59,146 nucleotides of DNA from Thermoanaerobaculia bacterium (lineage in GTDB: Bacteria > Acidobacteriota > Thermoanaerobaculia > Thermoanaerobaculales > Sulfomarinibacteraceae), in assembly GCA_027067575.1 (NCBI GenBank), contig JAMOVQ010000026.1, forward strand, positions 1 through 59,146, given 5' to 3'. Shown in pieces: positions 35,214 through 45,547 of the stretch. Below the pieces are notes generated by a model, which was given only the letters and a program-made list of their open reading frames with translations, was not told the DNA's origin and searched no databases. The translations under genes and the position numbers were made by a program. How positions within the stretch are numbered: the stretch's first letter is position 1; each line of letters begins with the position of its first letter.

Positions 35214-36244
35214 CCCGCCGGCCCGTCCTCCAGGCGCCGCCCGTACTGGCGGCGGTAGTAGGCGGCGAACTCCTCGTCCCCCTCGCGGATCGGACGCCAC
35301 CAGTCCGGGTGGTCCACGTACCACCGGACCGTCGTCTCCAGGGCGTCCTCGAAGGAGGTCTCCGGCCGCCACCCCAGGGCGGCGAGCTTGGAGGCGTCGA
35401 GGGAGTACCGGCGGTCGTGGCCCGGCCGGTCCTCGACGAACCGGATCAGGTCGCGGGGGCGGCCGAGGAGGTCGAGGATCCGCGTGGTGATCTCCAGGTT
35501 CGTCCGCTCGTTGCCGCCGGCGATGTTGTACACCTCGCCAGGATCGCCGTGGGAGAGCAGGAAGTCGATGGCCCGGCAGTGGTCCAGGACCCAGAGCCAG
35601 TCCCTGACGTTGCCGCCGTCGCCGTACAGCGGCAGGGGCAGGCCGGTCAGGGCGTTGGTGACGAACAGGGGGATCAGCTTCTCCGGGTACTGGTACGGGC
35701 CGAAGTTGTTCGAGGCGCGGGTGATGATCACCGGCACGCCGAACGACGCCCAGAACGAGAAGGCGATCCGGTCGCCGCCGGCCTTGGAGGCCGAGTACGG
35801 GTTCGTCGGCATCAGGGGCGAGCTCTCGGTGAACGATCCGCGGTCGATGGAGCCGTACACCTCGTCGGTGGAGACCTGGACGAACCGGGCCACGCCGCGC
35901 CGGCGGGCCTCCTCCAGCAGCACCCAGACGCCGTAGCAGTCGGTCTGGATGAAGTGGCCGGCGCCGAGGAGCGAGCGGTCCACGTGGGTCTCCGCGGCGA
36001 AGTTGACCACCGCGTCGCAGCCGTCCATGGCGTCGCGGACGGCCTCGGCGTCGCAGATGTCCCCGTGGACGAACCGGTAGCGCGGGTCGTCCTCGATGTC
36101 GGCCAGGTTCTCGCGCCGGCCGGCGTAGGTCAGTGCGTCGAGGTTGACCACCTCGAGGCCGGGGCGGGCCGCGAGCACGTGCCGGACGAAGTTCGACCCG
36201 ATGAACCCGCAGCCGCCGGTGACGAGAAGCCGTTCGATCCGCAT
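35210..36244 (-). CDS. rfbB: dTDP-glucose 4,6-dehydratase
   Basis: VTGGCGFIGSNF, DALTYAG, AAETHVDRS, STDEVYG, PYSASKA, PEKLIP, DRPGHDRRY. Confidence 0.95.
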   Translation of the reverse strand: MRIERLLVTGGCGFIGSNFVRHVLAARPGLEVVNLDALTYAGRRENLADIEDDPRYRFVHGDICDAEAVRDAMDGCDAVVNFAAETHVDRSLLGAGHFIQTDCYGVWVLLEEARRRGVARFVQVSTDEVYGSIDRGSFTESSPLMPTNPYSASKAGGDRIAFSFWASFGVPVIITRASNNFGPYQYPEKLIPLFVTNALTGLPLPLYGDGGNVRDWLWVLDHCRAIDFLLSHGDPGEVYNIAGGNERTNLEITTRILDLLGRPRDLIRFVEDRPGHDRRYSLDASKLAALGWRPETSFEDALETTVRWYVDHPDWWRPIREGDEEFAAYYRRQYGRRLEDGPAG

Positions 36245-36368
36245 CGCCGGAATCGTACCAGAGCCCGGTGCCCCCGGCAGGATCCCGGCCCCGGGCGGTG
36301 GGCCGCGGGGTGCGCCCCGCCCGGGTACCCCGGCGGGGGCGAGCTCCTCCCGGTCCGCCCGTGCGACA

Positions 36369-36446
36369 CGCTGGCGCCGCCTGCGGCGTCGCTGCCGGCC
36401 GCCGGTTGACCTCGGCTGGCTGAGAATCAAACACTGTCCCCTTCTT
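36369..36446 (+). repeat. Repeat module D plus an ACTGTCCCC motif
   Basis: 35-nt CGCTGGCGCCGCCTGCGGCGTCGCTGCCGGCCGCC identical at 36369-36403 and 57309-57343. AAACACTGTCCCCTTCTT follows. Confidence 0.7.
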
Positions 36447-36549
36447 GGGGAGGCTCTGCCCTGTTGGCACGCGGAAATCCTCCAGGCCTCCCCGTCCGAC
36501 CACCACCGTCCCGCCGGGGCACGGCGAACAGCCTCCCGGAACGGGCGTC

Positions 36550-36578
36550 TTGACCGTACCGGGCGGTTGGGGTAGGCT
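36550..36578 (+). promoter_or_regulatory. Sigma-70 promoter of the rpsU-mutS2-dnaG operon
   Basis: TTGACC (36550-36555), 17 nt, TAGGCT (36573-36578). Confidence 0.6.
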
Positions 36579-36637
36579 ACGGGCCCTGCGTGGTGTGCCT
36601 GCACACGAGACCGGCGCAGAGGAGGGGGTGAGCACCA

Positions 36638-36850
36638 GTGCCGACCGGAGTCGTGGTTCGCGAGAACGAGTCGTTCGAGCAGGCACTGCGCCGTTTCAAG
36701 CGCAAGTGCGAGAAGGCCGGCATCCTCTCCGAGGTCAAGCGCCGCCGCTACTACGAGAAGCCCTCCGAGCGCCGCAAGCACCAGATCATGGCCGCGCGGA
36801 AGAAGATGCTCCGCAAGCTGGCCAAGCAGCGCCGGGCCGGGATGCTCTGA
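36638..36850 (+). CDS. rpsU: 30S ribosomal protein S21
   Basis: [40 protein letters not shown] start with GGAGG RBS. Confidence 0.97.
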   Translation: MPTGVVVRENESFEQALRRFKRKCEKAGILSEVKRRRYYEKPSERRKHQIMAARKKMLRKLAKQRRAGML

Positions 36851-36857
36851 TCAGCCA

Positions 36858-39242
36858 GTGACCCGCCGCTGCGCCACCGAGATCGAGTTCCCCGAGGTGC
36901 TCCGCCTCGTGGCGGCCCACGCCAGGAGCCCGCTCGGTGCCAGGCGGATCCTCGAAACCGACGCCCTTCCCTCACCGGGGGAGGGCGTTCTCTCGTGCCG
37001 GCTGACCTTGGAGGCCGAACGGCTGCTCGCCGAGGAGGGCCCCCTTCACCTCGGCGGGATCGACGACGCGCTCCCCCTGCTCGATCCGGCGTCGCCGCCC
37101 CCGGCCGAGGTGCCGGGCCTGATGGCCCTGCTCTCCCTGGCCCGGCGCGTGGCGTCGGTCCGCCGGACCCTGGCCGGGCTCGGGACCGAGTTCGAGCGGC
37201 TCGACGAGCTGGGCCGGAGGCTCCCGGACACCGCCGGGCTGGTCCAGTGGGTCTCGCAGCGCCTCGGCCGCGACGGCACGGTGCCCGACACGGCCTCCCC
37301 CCAGCTCGCCTCGGTCCGCCGCGGACTCGTCCGCACCCGGCGTGAGCTGCTCCAACGGCTGGAGGCGTTCCGGAGGCGGCACGCTGCCGCGGCCACCGAC
37401 GCGCCCCCCACCGTGCGCCGGGACCGGTACTGCCTGCCGGTCCGCGCCGCCGCGCGCAACGAGGTGCCCGGCCTCGTCCTCGATGCGTCGGGCTCCGGCG
37501 CCACGGTGTTCGTCGAGCCGTTCGAGATCGTCGACGCCAACAACGCGCTGGTGGAGCTCGCCGCCAGGGAACGCGAGGAGGTCCGGCGGATCGTGGACGA
37601 GGTGGCTGCGGCCATGACGGCGGCGATCCCAGAACTGCGGCGCGCCGCCGACGTCCTGGCCGAGCTCGACGCCGCCCAGGCCCGGGCGCTGTTCGGCCGG
37701 GCCGCCGGGGGGATCGTCGTGCCGCCCGGCGGGGAGGCGCTCGTCCTGGAGTCCGCGCGCCATCCCCTCCTCGACGAACGGCTGGCCCCGCTCCGGCGGG
37801 AGGTGCTCGGTGAGGACCCCGAGCTCGACCGGCGCGTCGTCCCCCTCGACCTCGAGCTCCCCCCCGACGTTCGCACCCTCGTGATCTCCGGTCCCAACGC
37901 GGGCGGCAAGACCGTCGTGCTCAAGACCGTTGGGCTGATGGTGCTGATGGCGTACCACGGGATCCCCCTCCCCGCCGGTGAGGGGACGCACATCCCCGCC
38001 ATCGACCGGCTCTGGTGCCACGTGGGCGACGAGCAGGACGTGGCCCGCGACCTCTCCACCTTCTCGGCGGCCATGGCCGCCACGAGCGAGCTGCTGGCCT
38101 CTCCTCCCGGCCGGACGCTGGTGCTGTACGACGAGCTCGGAGCGGGCACCGACCCGCTCGAGGGCGCGGCGCTGGGCACGGCGCTCCTGGAGGAGCTGAC
38201 CCGGCGCGGCGGGATCACCATCGCCACGACGCACCTGGCCGCCATCTCCCAGGCGGTGGCCGGCGCCGAGGGGATGGAGAACGCCGCCATGGGGTACGAC
38301 GAGGCCACGGGCCGCCCGACCTACCGCCTCGTCGTGGGCCGGCCGGGCCGCTCCCGCGGGCTCGAGATCGCCCGGCGGATGGGGGTCCCGGCCGCGGTGG
38401 TGGACCGGGCCGACGCCCTCCTCGGCGGCCAGCACCTGGAGATGGAGCGGTGGCTCCGCAGGATGGAGCGGCTGGAGCAGGAGCTGGAGGCCGCGCGCCG
38501 GACGCTCGAGCTGGACTCGATCGAGCTGGCCCGCCGGAGGCGGGAGGCCGAGGAGGAGCGAAGGCGGCTGGAGGAGGAACGACGGCGGCTCGGGGAGCGG
38601 CTGGAGGCCGAGCGGACGGCACTCCGCCGGAAGGCGAAGGAGAGGCTCGACCGGGCCATGGCCCGGCTCGACGAGGCGATGGAGCGGCAGGAACGGCTGG
38701 GGCGCCGGCGCCGCGAGCGGATCCGGCAGGAGGCGCTGGCGCTGGACGCCAGCGGGGGGGGTCCGGCCCCGGAGGCCCCGGCGGCGCTGGAGCCGGGCGT
38801 CCCCGTCCGCCTGCGCTCCCTCGGCACCCGGGGGACGGTGGAGGCCGTCCGCGGGGGGCGGGTGCGGGTTGCCGCCGGGGGCAAGCGGATCTGGGTCGCC
38901 GCGGACGACGTGGAACCGGAGCCCGTGCCGGCGGGAACGGCGAGCGCCCCGGCCCGCGCCGTCCGCGTCGCCGTGGAGGCCCCGGCGGAGCGCGAGATCA
39001 AGCTGCTCGGGATGGATGCCGAGACGGCCCGGGAGGAGCTGGAGCGGTTCCTGGACCGCGCGTTCGCCGCCGGGGTCCCCCGGGTGCGGGTGGTCCACGG
39101 GCACGGCACCGGGACACTGCGCCGCGTGGTGGGCGAGCTGTGCCGTACCCACCCCGCGGTCCACGCCTTCGCCCACCCGCCCCAGCACCGGGGCGGCTCG
39201 GGCGTGACGGAGATCGAGCTGGAGGAGCCCGGCGATGGGTGA
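36858..39242 (+). CDS. mutS2: MutS2 family endonuclease / ribosome-collision factor (Smr domain)
   Basis: SGSGATVFVEP, ARHPLL, GPNAGGKT, GDEQD..LSTFS, DELGAGTDP, coiled coil, C-terminal Smr VVHGHGTG..GGSG. Confidence 0.92.
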   Translation: MTRRCATEIEFPEVLRLVAAHARSPLGARRILETDALPSPGEGVLSCRLTLEAERLLAEEGPLHLGGIDDALPLLDPASPPPAEVPGLMALLSLARRVASVRRTLAGLGTEFERLDELGRRLPDTAGLVQWVSQRLGRDGTVPDTASPQLASVRRGLVRTRRELLQRLEAFRRRHAAAATDAPPTVRRDRYCLPVRAAARNEVPGLVLDASGSGATVFVEPFEIVDANNALVELAAREREEVRRIVDEVAAAMTAAIPELRRAADVLAELDAAQARALFGRAAGGIVVPPGGEALVLESARHPLLDERLAPLRREVLGEDPELDRRVVPLDLELPPDVRTLVISGPNAGGKTVVLKTVGLMVLMAYHGIPLPAGEGTHIPAIDRLWCHVGDEQDVARDLSTFSAAMAATSELLASPPGRTLVLYDELGAGTDPLEGAALGTALLEELTRRGGITIATTHLAAISQAVAGAEGMENAAMGYDEATGRPTYRLVVGRPGRSRGLEIARRMGVPAAVVDRADALLGGQHLEMERWLRRMERLEQELEAARRTLELDSIELARRRREAEEERRRLEEERRRLGERLEAERTALRRKAKERLDRAMARLDEAMERQERLGRRRRERIRQEALALDASGGGPAPEAPAALEPGVPVRLRSLGTRGTVEAVRGGRVRVAAGGKRIWVAADDVEPEPVPAGTASAPARAVRVAVEAPAEREIKLLGMDAETAREELERFLDRAFAAGVPRVRVVHGHGTGTLRRVVGELCRTHPAVHAFAHPPQHRGGSGVTEIELEEPGDG

Positions 39243-40974
39243 GTACGACCTCGACCGCGCCGTGGTGGCCCGGGTCCGCGACGCCGCGGACATCGTGGAG
39301 GTCGTCTCCGAGCACGTGGCGCTCAAACGGCGCGGGCGCAACTGGACCGGCCTGTGCCCGTTCCACGAGGAGAAGACGCCGTCGTTCTCGGTCAACGCCG
39401 AGAAGGGGCTGTACTACTGCTTCGGCTGCCACGCCGGCGGGGACGTCATCGACTTCGTCATGCGGCTCGAACGGATGGACTTCCCCGAGGCCGTGGAGTA
39501 CCTGGCCCGGCGGTTCGGCGTGGAGCTCCCCCGGCGTTCGCCGGGGCAGCTCAGGGCCCGGCGCGAGGCGGAGCGGGTGGCGGGGATCCTCGGGGAGGCC
39601 CAGCGGTTCTTCGTCGAACGGCTCGGCCGTCCGGACGCTGCCGAGGCGCGCCGCACCCTCGAGGCGCGGGGGTTCCCGGAACCCACCTGGAGCGAGTTCG
39701 GGTTCGGGTTCGCCCCCGACGGCTGGCGTGAGCTGATCGGCGCCCTGGGCAGGCGCCACCCGGTCCAGGCGCTCGTGGACGCCGGCCTCGCCCTGGTCCC
39801 CGAGAGGGGCGGGAACCCGTACGACCGGTTCCGGAACCGGATCACCTTCCCGATCCGGGCCGCCGACGGCTCCCTGATCGCCTTCGGCGGGCGTGCGCTG
39901 GGCGACACGGAACCCAAGTACCTCAACAGCCCGGAGGGCCCGCTGTTCAGCAAGCGGTCGGTGCTGTTCATGCTGGACCGGGCGCGCCGGGCGGCCGCCG
40001 ACGAGGGGGGCGTCCTCGTGGTGGAGGGGTACTTCGACTGCCTCTCCCTCCACCGGGCCGGGATCGTGAACGTGGTCGCCACGCTGGGGACCTCGCTGAC
40101 ACCGGAGCACGCCCGGCTCCTGCGGCGGCTGACCTCGCGGGTCGTGCTGGCGTACGACGCCGACCCCGCCGGACGCCGGGCCGCTGGCGCCGGCGCCCGG
40201 GTGCTGCTCGAGGCCGGGCTCGAGGCGGCGGTGCTCGTGCTTCCCGAGGGGAAGGATCCCGACGACATCGTCCGGGAGGAGGGGCCCGACCGGTTCCGCG
40301 AGCTGATGGCACGTCCCGTCCCGCTGCTCGACTTTCTCCTCGGCGACGCGCCGAACGATCCCGAGGGCCGCCGGCGCATCGGCCGCGAGATCGCCGAGCT
40401 CGTGGCCGGGGCGCGGGATCCCGTCACCCGGTTCGCGCTCCAGGAGGAGCTGGCACGGCGTCTGGATCTCCCCATCGCCGTCATCGCCGAGGCCGGTCGG
40501 CGGCGGGCCCGGCGCGGTCCCCGGGCCGGGCAGGCGGAGACGGCGGTGGAGGAGCCGGTCCCCACGGGAGAGCTCGAGCTGGTCCGGATCGTCCTGGAAG
40601 GGACGCCGGATCTCCGGCGGAAGGCCCTGGAGGCCGTGCGGGACGACCTGCTTCGGAGCGAGGTGGTCCGCGCCGTGTTCACGGCCGTCCGCGCGCTGGA
40701 GACGGAGGACACGGACATCGTGGGCTCGCTCCTTGCGAAGGGCACCGACCCCGCCGTCCACCGGCTCGTCGCCAGGGTCACCGCGTCGGAGCTGCCACCG
40801 GTGGACGAACGTTCGGCGCTCCAGCTGATCGGCCGCACCGCCAGGATCCACGCCTCGGAGGCCGCACGCCGGCTTCAGCGGGCGATCCGCGAGGCGGAGG
40901 AACGGGGTGACGAAGCAACGCTCGCCAAGCTGCTCGAGGAAAAGACCAGGCTCCGGGGAAGCGGAATGGTGTGA
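39235..40974 (+). CDS. dnaG: DNA primase
   Basis: CPFHEEKTPSF, CFGC, DRFRNRITFPI, KYLNSPE, VEGYFD, YDAD.AG, KDPDD. Confidence 0.96.
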   Translation: MGEYDLDRAVVARVRDAADIVEVVSEHVALKRRGRNWTGLCPFHEEKTPSFSVNAEKGLYYCFGCHAGGDVIDFVMRLERMDFPEAVEYLARRFGVELPRRSPGQLRARREAERVAGILGEAQRFFVERLGRPDAAEARRTLEARGFPEPTWSEFGFGFAPDGWRELIGALGRRHPVQALVDAGLALVPERGGNPYDRFRNRITFPIRAADGSLIAFGGRALGDTEPKYLNSPEGPLFSKRSVLFMLDRARRAAADEGGVLVVEGYFDCLSLHRAGIVNVVATLGTSLTPEHARLLRRLTSRVVLAYDADPAGRRAAGAGARVLLEAGLEAAVLVLPEGKDPDDIVREEGPDRFRELMARPVPLLDFLLGDAPNDPEGRRRIGREIAELVAGARDPVTRFALQEELARRLDLPIAVIAEAGRRRARRGPRAGQAETAVEEPVPTGELELVRIVLEGTPDLRRKALEAVRDDLLRSEVVRAVFTAVRALETEDTDIVGSLLAKGTDPAVHRLVARVTASELPPVDERSALQLIGRTARIHASEAARRLQRAIREAEERGDEATLAKLLEEKTRLRGSGMV

Positions 40975-41022
40975 CCACCGTTCTCGTTGCGGAGAGGAAG
41001 AGGACCGGGGGAACTGCATGTC

Positions 41023-43830
41023 ATGAACGAGACTGAACGCTCCAGACTGCTCCAACTGATCGTGCCGGCCCTGTCGGCCGAGCTGATCGCCGTTCGCTTC
41101 CTCTCGGGGGCGCTCGAGATCCTCGGCGCCCGGGCCGGGGCGCTCTGGCTTTCCGTCGCCGGCACGAAGGAGACCCCCCGTCCGACACTGGCGAGGACCG
41201 CCTGCCGCCCGGAGGGGTTCAGAGCGGCCGCGGAGATCCCTCCGGATCATCCGATCCTGGATGCGCTGCACCAGCGTCCCTCGGCCGTGTTCGGTGCCAC
41301 CGACCCGGAGGTCACCGGCCTGTTCGAACCCGACAGCGATCCCCGGTCGGCGGTCCTGGCGATGGCCACCGATCCCGGCGGCGTGCTGGCGTTTCTCGTT
41401 CCCGACCGGCGCGCGTTTCCCGTCCAGCGGGTCCACGAGCTCAGGCCGGTCGCCGACCGTCTCGGGTACGCACTTGGGCAGGCGCTCAGCCACCGCGCAG
41501 TGGAGGAGGAGGTCAGACAGCTCAAGAAGGAGCTGGCAGCGCTCCGGTACACGGCAGGCCGCCTCCGCGCCCTGGTGGAGAACAGCCTGGACTTCCTGAT
41601 CGTCCTCGGATACGACGGCTCGATCCAGATGACCAGCCCCTCCCTGGCCGAGGCCACCGGCCTCGCCCAGAACGAGCTCGAGGGGACGTCGATCTTCACC
41701 CTCGTTCACCCGGACGACGTGGGGCCGTTCATCGAGGAGTTCCGGGAGCGGCTGCTCCAGCGCGGCCTGGGACCGGCCCGGGAGCTCCGGCTGAAGGGGC
41801 TCCGGGGGTGGCGGTGGGTGACCGCCCGGCTGGTCAACCGGCTCGACGACCCGAAGGTCGGAGGTGTGATCCTCTCACTTCACGACATCACCGAGCTCAA
41901 GCGCCACGCCGAGGAGCTGGAACGGGCCCGTCAGGACGCGGAGGCCATGAGCCGGGCCCGTGCCGAGTTCCTGGCGGCGATGAGCCACGAGATCCGCACC
42001 CCGATGAACAGCGTCATTGGGCTCGCCAGCCTGCTCGAGGAGACGGATCTCGACGAACAGCAGCGCGAGATGCTCCACACCATCCGCACGAGCGGGGCGA
42101 CTCTCGTCGGGATCATCAACCAGGTACTCGACCTCGCCCGGATCGAGGCCGGGGAGATCGTGCTCCACGTCGCACCGGCGGACATCCGGACACTCGTCGA
42201 CGAGGTGCTGGAGGTCGCCGGGCCGGCAGCATCCGAAAAGGGACTCGACCTGATCGACGACATCCCGGACAGCGTTCCCCGGAGCCTTCTCCTCGATGCT
42301 CAGAGGATCCAGCAGATCCTCCTCAACCTGGTCACCAACGCCGTCAAGCACACTGAGGCCGGTTCGGTGACCGTCACGGCGACGGTCAGCGGAAGCGGGG
42401 TCTCCCCTCAGCTCGAGCTGTCGGTCCGGGATACCGGTCACGGGATCCCGGAGAGCCAGGTGGCCCGGATCTTCGAGCCGTTCATGCAGACCGCAGAGGG
42501 CGTGCGCGAGGGTGGCACCGGGCTCGGCCTGGCCATCACTCGTCAGCTCGTCGAGGCCATGGGTGGCACCATCGAGGTCAGGAGCGCCATCGGCAAGGGT
42601 TCGACGTTCCGCGTTACGCTGCCGGTCCAGATTGCCGAGACGGGCACCGGGCACCCCACGCGTGCGCTCCGGGACCGAGCCGTCCTGCTCATCGGGGCGG
42701 GACCGGAGACCATGAGCGCCCACGCCGGCTGGCTTCGCAGCGAGGGTGCCACCGTGACCGCCGTACCCGCAGAGGGATCGCTCCCGGAGAGAGGGCCGTT
42801 CGATCTCCTCGTGGTGGACACGGCCCGCGGCATCGAACGGGGGATCCGGACGATCCGCGAGCTCCGGGAGGCGCTGGGTGAGACCGTACCGGCCATCCTG
42901 CTGCTGCCGCTGGGCCACAGGCCCGGGGACGGGCTGCCGGAACGGACCGCCGTCGTCACCAAGCCGGCGCGCCGGGGCCGTCTCCTCGAGGCTGCCCGCC
43001 GGATCCTCCTGGGCGGAGAGGCGCCAGCGGTTTCCCCCGCCGGACCATCGTCGCGGATGAGTGCATCCCGGCCGCTCCGGATCCTCCTGGCCGAGGACAA
43101 CCCCGTGAACCGCAAGGTCGCCACCATGATGCTGGAGCAGCTCGGCCACCGGGTGGAGACCGTGTCTTCCGGTCCAGAGGTCGTGGAAGCCACCCGCTCC
43201 GGGCAGTACGACGTCATCCTGATGGACGTGGAGCTGCCGGGCTTCAGTGGATTGGAGGCCACGCGCAGGATCCGGGCCATGACTCTGGTGAACCTCCCGT
43301 ACATCGTGGCGATGACGGGCCACGCGCTGCCCGCCGACCGGGAGCGGTGCCTCGCCGCGGGGATGGACGAGTTTCTTCCCAAGCCGGTCGTGCTCGAGGA
43401 GCTCCGGGCGGTGCTGAACCGTGCGCCCGTACCTTCACGGCATGAGGAGCAGGCGGCCGAGACACGGCAGATCATCGTCGACCCCGACCGGATCGAGATG
43501 ATCTCCGCCGTCACCCCCGGCCTGCTCCGTCAGCTCGTCGAGCTGTTCTCCGCCGATGCGCCGGAACGGATCGAGGCGATCGCCACGGCGATCGAGGCCG
43601 GGAACCTCCACGAGGTGGCCCAGTCGGCCCACCAGCTCAAGGGGGCGGCGGCCAACATGGGAGCGCGCGAGCTGGAGCGGCTGGCCTGCGACGTGGAGAA
43701 CCTGGCACGCACCGGCCAACGGGACCGTCTGGCCGGCGTGGCCGGCCTTCTCCACGAGGCGTTCGAGGCGGCCCGTACCGCCCTCGACCGTGCCGTCGCC
43801 GCGGAGGACGACGGGTTCGTGGAGTGGTGA
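41023..43830 (+). CDS. Hybrid sensor kinase (PAS-HisKA-HATPase-degenerate REC-REC-Hpt)
   Basis: VHPDD (PAS), MSHEIRTPMN, NLVTNAVK, DTGHGI, GGTGLGL, LAEDN..LMDVELP..KP, AHQLKGAAANMG. Confidence 0.92.
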   Translation: MNETERSRLLQLIVPALSAELIAVRFLSGALEILGARAGALWLSVAGTKETPRPTLARTACRPEGFRAAAEIPPDHPILDALHQRPSAVFGATDPEVTGLFEPDSDPRSAVLAMATDPGGVLAFLVPDRRAFPVQRVHELRPVADRLGYALGQALSHRAVEEEVRQLKKELAALRYTAGRLRALVENSLDFLIVLGYDGSIQMTSPSLAEATGLAQNELEGTSIFTLVHPDDVGPFIEEFRERLLQRGLGPARELRLKGLRGWRWVTARLVNRLDDPKVGGVILSLHDITELKRHAEELERARQDAEAMSRARAEFLAAMSHEIRTPMNSVIGLASLLEETDLDEQQREMLHTIRTSGATLVGIINQVLDLARIEAGEIVLHVAPADIRTLVDEVLEVAGPAASEKGLDLIDDIPDSVPRSLLLDAQRIQQILLNLVTNAVKHTEAGSVTVTATVSGSGVSPQLELSVRDTGHGIPESQVARIFEPFMQTAEGVREGGTGLGLAITRQLVEAMGGTIEVRSAIGKGSTFRVTLPVQIAETGTGHPTRALRDRAVLLIGAGPETMSAHAGWLRSEGATVTAVPAEGSLPERGPFDLLVVDTARGIERGIRTIRELREALGETVPAILLLPLGHRPGDGLPERTAVVTKPARRGRLLEAARRILLGGEAPAVSPAGPSSRMSASRPLRILLAEDNPVNRKVATMMLEQLGHRVETVSSGPEVVEATRSGQYDVILMDVELPGFSGLEATRRIRAMTLVNLPYIVAMTGHALPADRERCLAAGMDEFLPKPVVLEELRAVLNRAPVPSRHEEQAAETRQIIVDPDRIEMISAVTPGLLRQLVELFSADAPERIEAIATAIEAGNLHEVAQSAHQLKGAAANMGARELERLACDVENLARTGQRDRLAGVAGLLHEAFEAARTALDRAVAAEDDGFVEW

Positions 43831-43851
43831 CCCCGGACCGGTTGGCTCGGT

Positions 43852-44304
43852 TCAGTTCCCCTCGAGGACCACGTCGTCGTACTCGGTCTCGAAGAACAGC
43901 TTGTGCTTCAACTCTTCACGGGCCAGCGACTTGAATGTCTCACGGAGCTCCGGATCCGAAACCGCCTTCGCCAGGCCGATGTACAGGTCGTGGGCGCGCT
44001 GCTCGGCCTTCATGGCGAACAGCAGCGCCTCCTGGTAGGTCATCTCCGGAGAGGGCGTCACGTCCACGAGCAGATCGGTCAGCCCGAGGTCGCCGACGGC
44101 TCCGCTCCCGAACGCCTGTACCCCACGGGCCTTGATCGCCTCGAGACGGCGCCGGTGCCCCAGTTCCATCTCCGCGAGCTCCTGGAACGTCTGCCGCAGC
44201 CCCGGCCGGCGGACCATCTCCGCGACCTGGGCGTAGAGGTCGTGCGCCTCCTGCTCCTTCGCGATCGCGAAGTCGAGCACGTCGTCGATACCGAGAAAGT
44301 CCAT
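43852..44304 (-). CDS. Rubrerythrin/ferritin-like di-iron protein
   Basis: Two E..A...Y / ExxH halves (EMELGH, EELKH). RBS AGGAGG. No rubredoxin domain. Confidence 0.88.
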   Translation of the reverse strand: MDFLGIDDVLDFAIAKEQEAHDLYAQVAEMVRRPGLRQTFQELAEMELGHRRRLEAIKARGVQAFGSGAVGDLGLTDLLVDVTPSPEMTYQEALLFAMKAEQRAHDLYIGLAKAVSDPELRETFKSLAREELKHKLFFETEYDDVVLEGN

Positions 44305-44417
44305 CGTTCCTCCTGACGGTCGGTGGATCGGCGCGGCACCGCCGCACCGGGTGCAGGATACCACGCGTCCCGTCCGGAAGGTCCCGGCCCCGTGGCGCAA
44401 CCACGTACAATGGCGCC

Positions 44418-45545
44418 GTGGCACTGAAGGTCGGCATCGACGCCCGCAAGCTGACGGACTTCGGCATCGGGACCCACATCGAGGGCCTGGTGACGCGCCT
44501 GGCCGCAAGGCGGGATCTCCGGCTCTTCCTGCTCGTCCGGGAGGAGCACGCGGAGCGCGCCCGGCAGCTGGCGCCCGGCGCCACGATCCGTCCCGTGGCC
44601 GCGGCGGGGTACACGATCCGGGAACTGTTCGAAGTCGGGCTGGCGTTCCGTGGCCAGGAGCTCGACGTGGTGCACATCCCGCACTACGTGCTCCCGGTGT
44701 GGCTTCCGGCGCCGGCCGTGGTGACGATCCACGACGTCATCCAGCTCCTGTACCCGCCGCGGGACCGCCGCCCCGGGGCGCTCCTGTACCTGCGCCACAT
44801 GATGCGCCGCGCCCTCCGGCGCGCCCGGCGCGTCGTGACGGTCTCCCGGACCACGCGGAACGACCTGCTCGAGCTGTTCGGCGGCCGGTCCGACCGGATC
44901 GAGGTCATCCCGAACGGCGTGGACGAGGCGTTCTTCGAACGCCCACCCCGCGAGGTGCTGGAGCGTCTTCGCGAGCGGTACGGCCTGCGACCGCCCGTGA
45001 TCCTCGTCGTGGCCAACGACAAGCCGCACAAGAACGTGGACACGGCGCTCCGGGCGTTCCACCGCGCGGTGCGGGTTCACGGGATCCCCGGACAGCTCGT
45101 CTTCGTTGGCGGGTTCCCGCCCGACGGACGGCTGGCCTCCATCGCCCGCCACATGGGGCTCGGCGACCGGGTGGCGTTCACCGGCCGGGTTCCGCGGGAC
45201 GATCTGGTGGGCCTCTACCACATGGCCGCCCTCCTGCTCCACGTCGCCCTCTACGAGGGGTTCGGCCTGCCGATCCTCGAGGCGATGGCGGCCGGCGTCC
45301 CGGTGATCACGTCGAACCTCGGCGCGATGCGGGAGCTCGGCGAGGGCGTGGCGACCCTCGTGGAGCCGCTCGACGTGTTTGGGATCGCCGCGACGCTGGA
45401 GCGCGTCCTGGTGGACGATCCGCTGCGACGCCGTATGATCGAGGCCGGGCGGCGGCGGGCGAGGGACCTGTCCTGGGACCGGGCCGCCGAGGCGATGGTG
45501 GCGGTGTTCAGGAAGGCCGCGGGAAGGGCGGCCAGGGAGGCGTGA
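44418..45545 (+). CDS. Glycosyltransferase family 4
   Basis: VGIDAR, VTIHD, KPHKN, YEGFGLPILEAMAAG. Confidence 0.92.
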   Translation: MALKVGIDARKLTDFGIGTHIEGLVTRLAARRDLRLFLLVREEHAERARQLAPGATIRPVAAAGYTIRELFEVGLAFRGQELDVVHIPHYVLPVWLPAPAVVTIHDVIQLLYPPRDRRPGALLYLRHMMRRALRRARRVVTVSRTTRNDLLELFGGRSDRIEVIPNGVDEAFFERPPREVLERLRERYGLRPPVILVVANDKPHKNVDTALRAFHRAVRVHGIPGQLVFVGGFPPDGRLASIARHMGLGDRVAFTGRVPRDDLVGLYHMAALLLHVALYEGFGLPILEAMAAGVPVITSNLGAMRELGEGVATLVEPLDVFGIAATLERVLVDDPLRRRMIEAGRRRARDLSWDRAAEAMVAVFRKAAGRAAREA

Positions 45546-45547
45546 TC

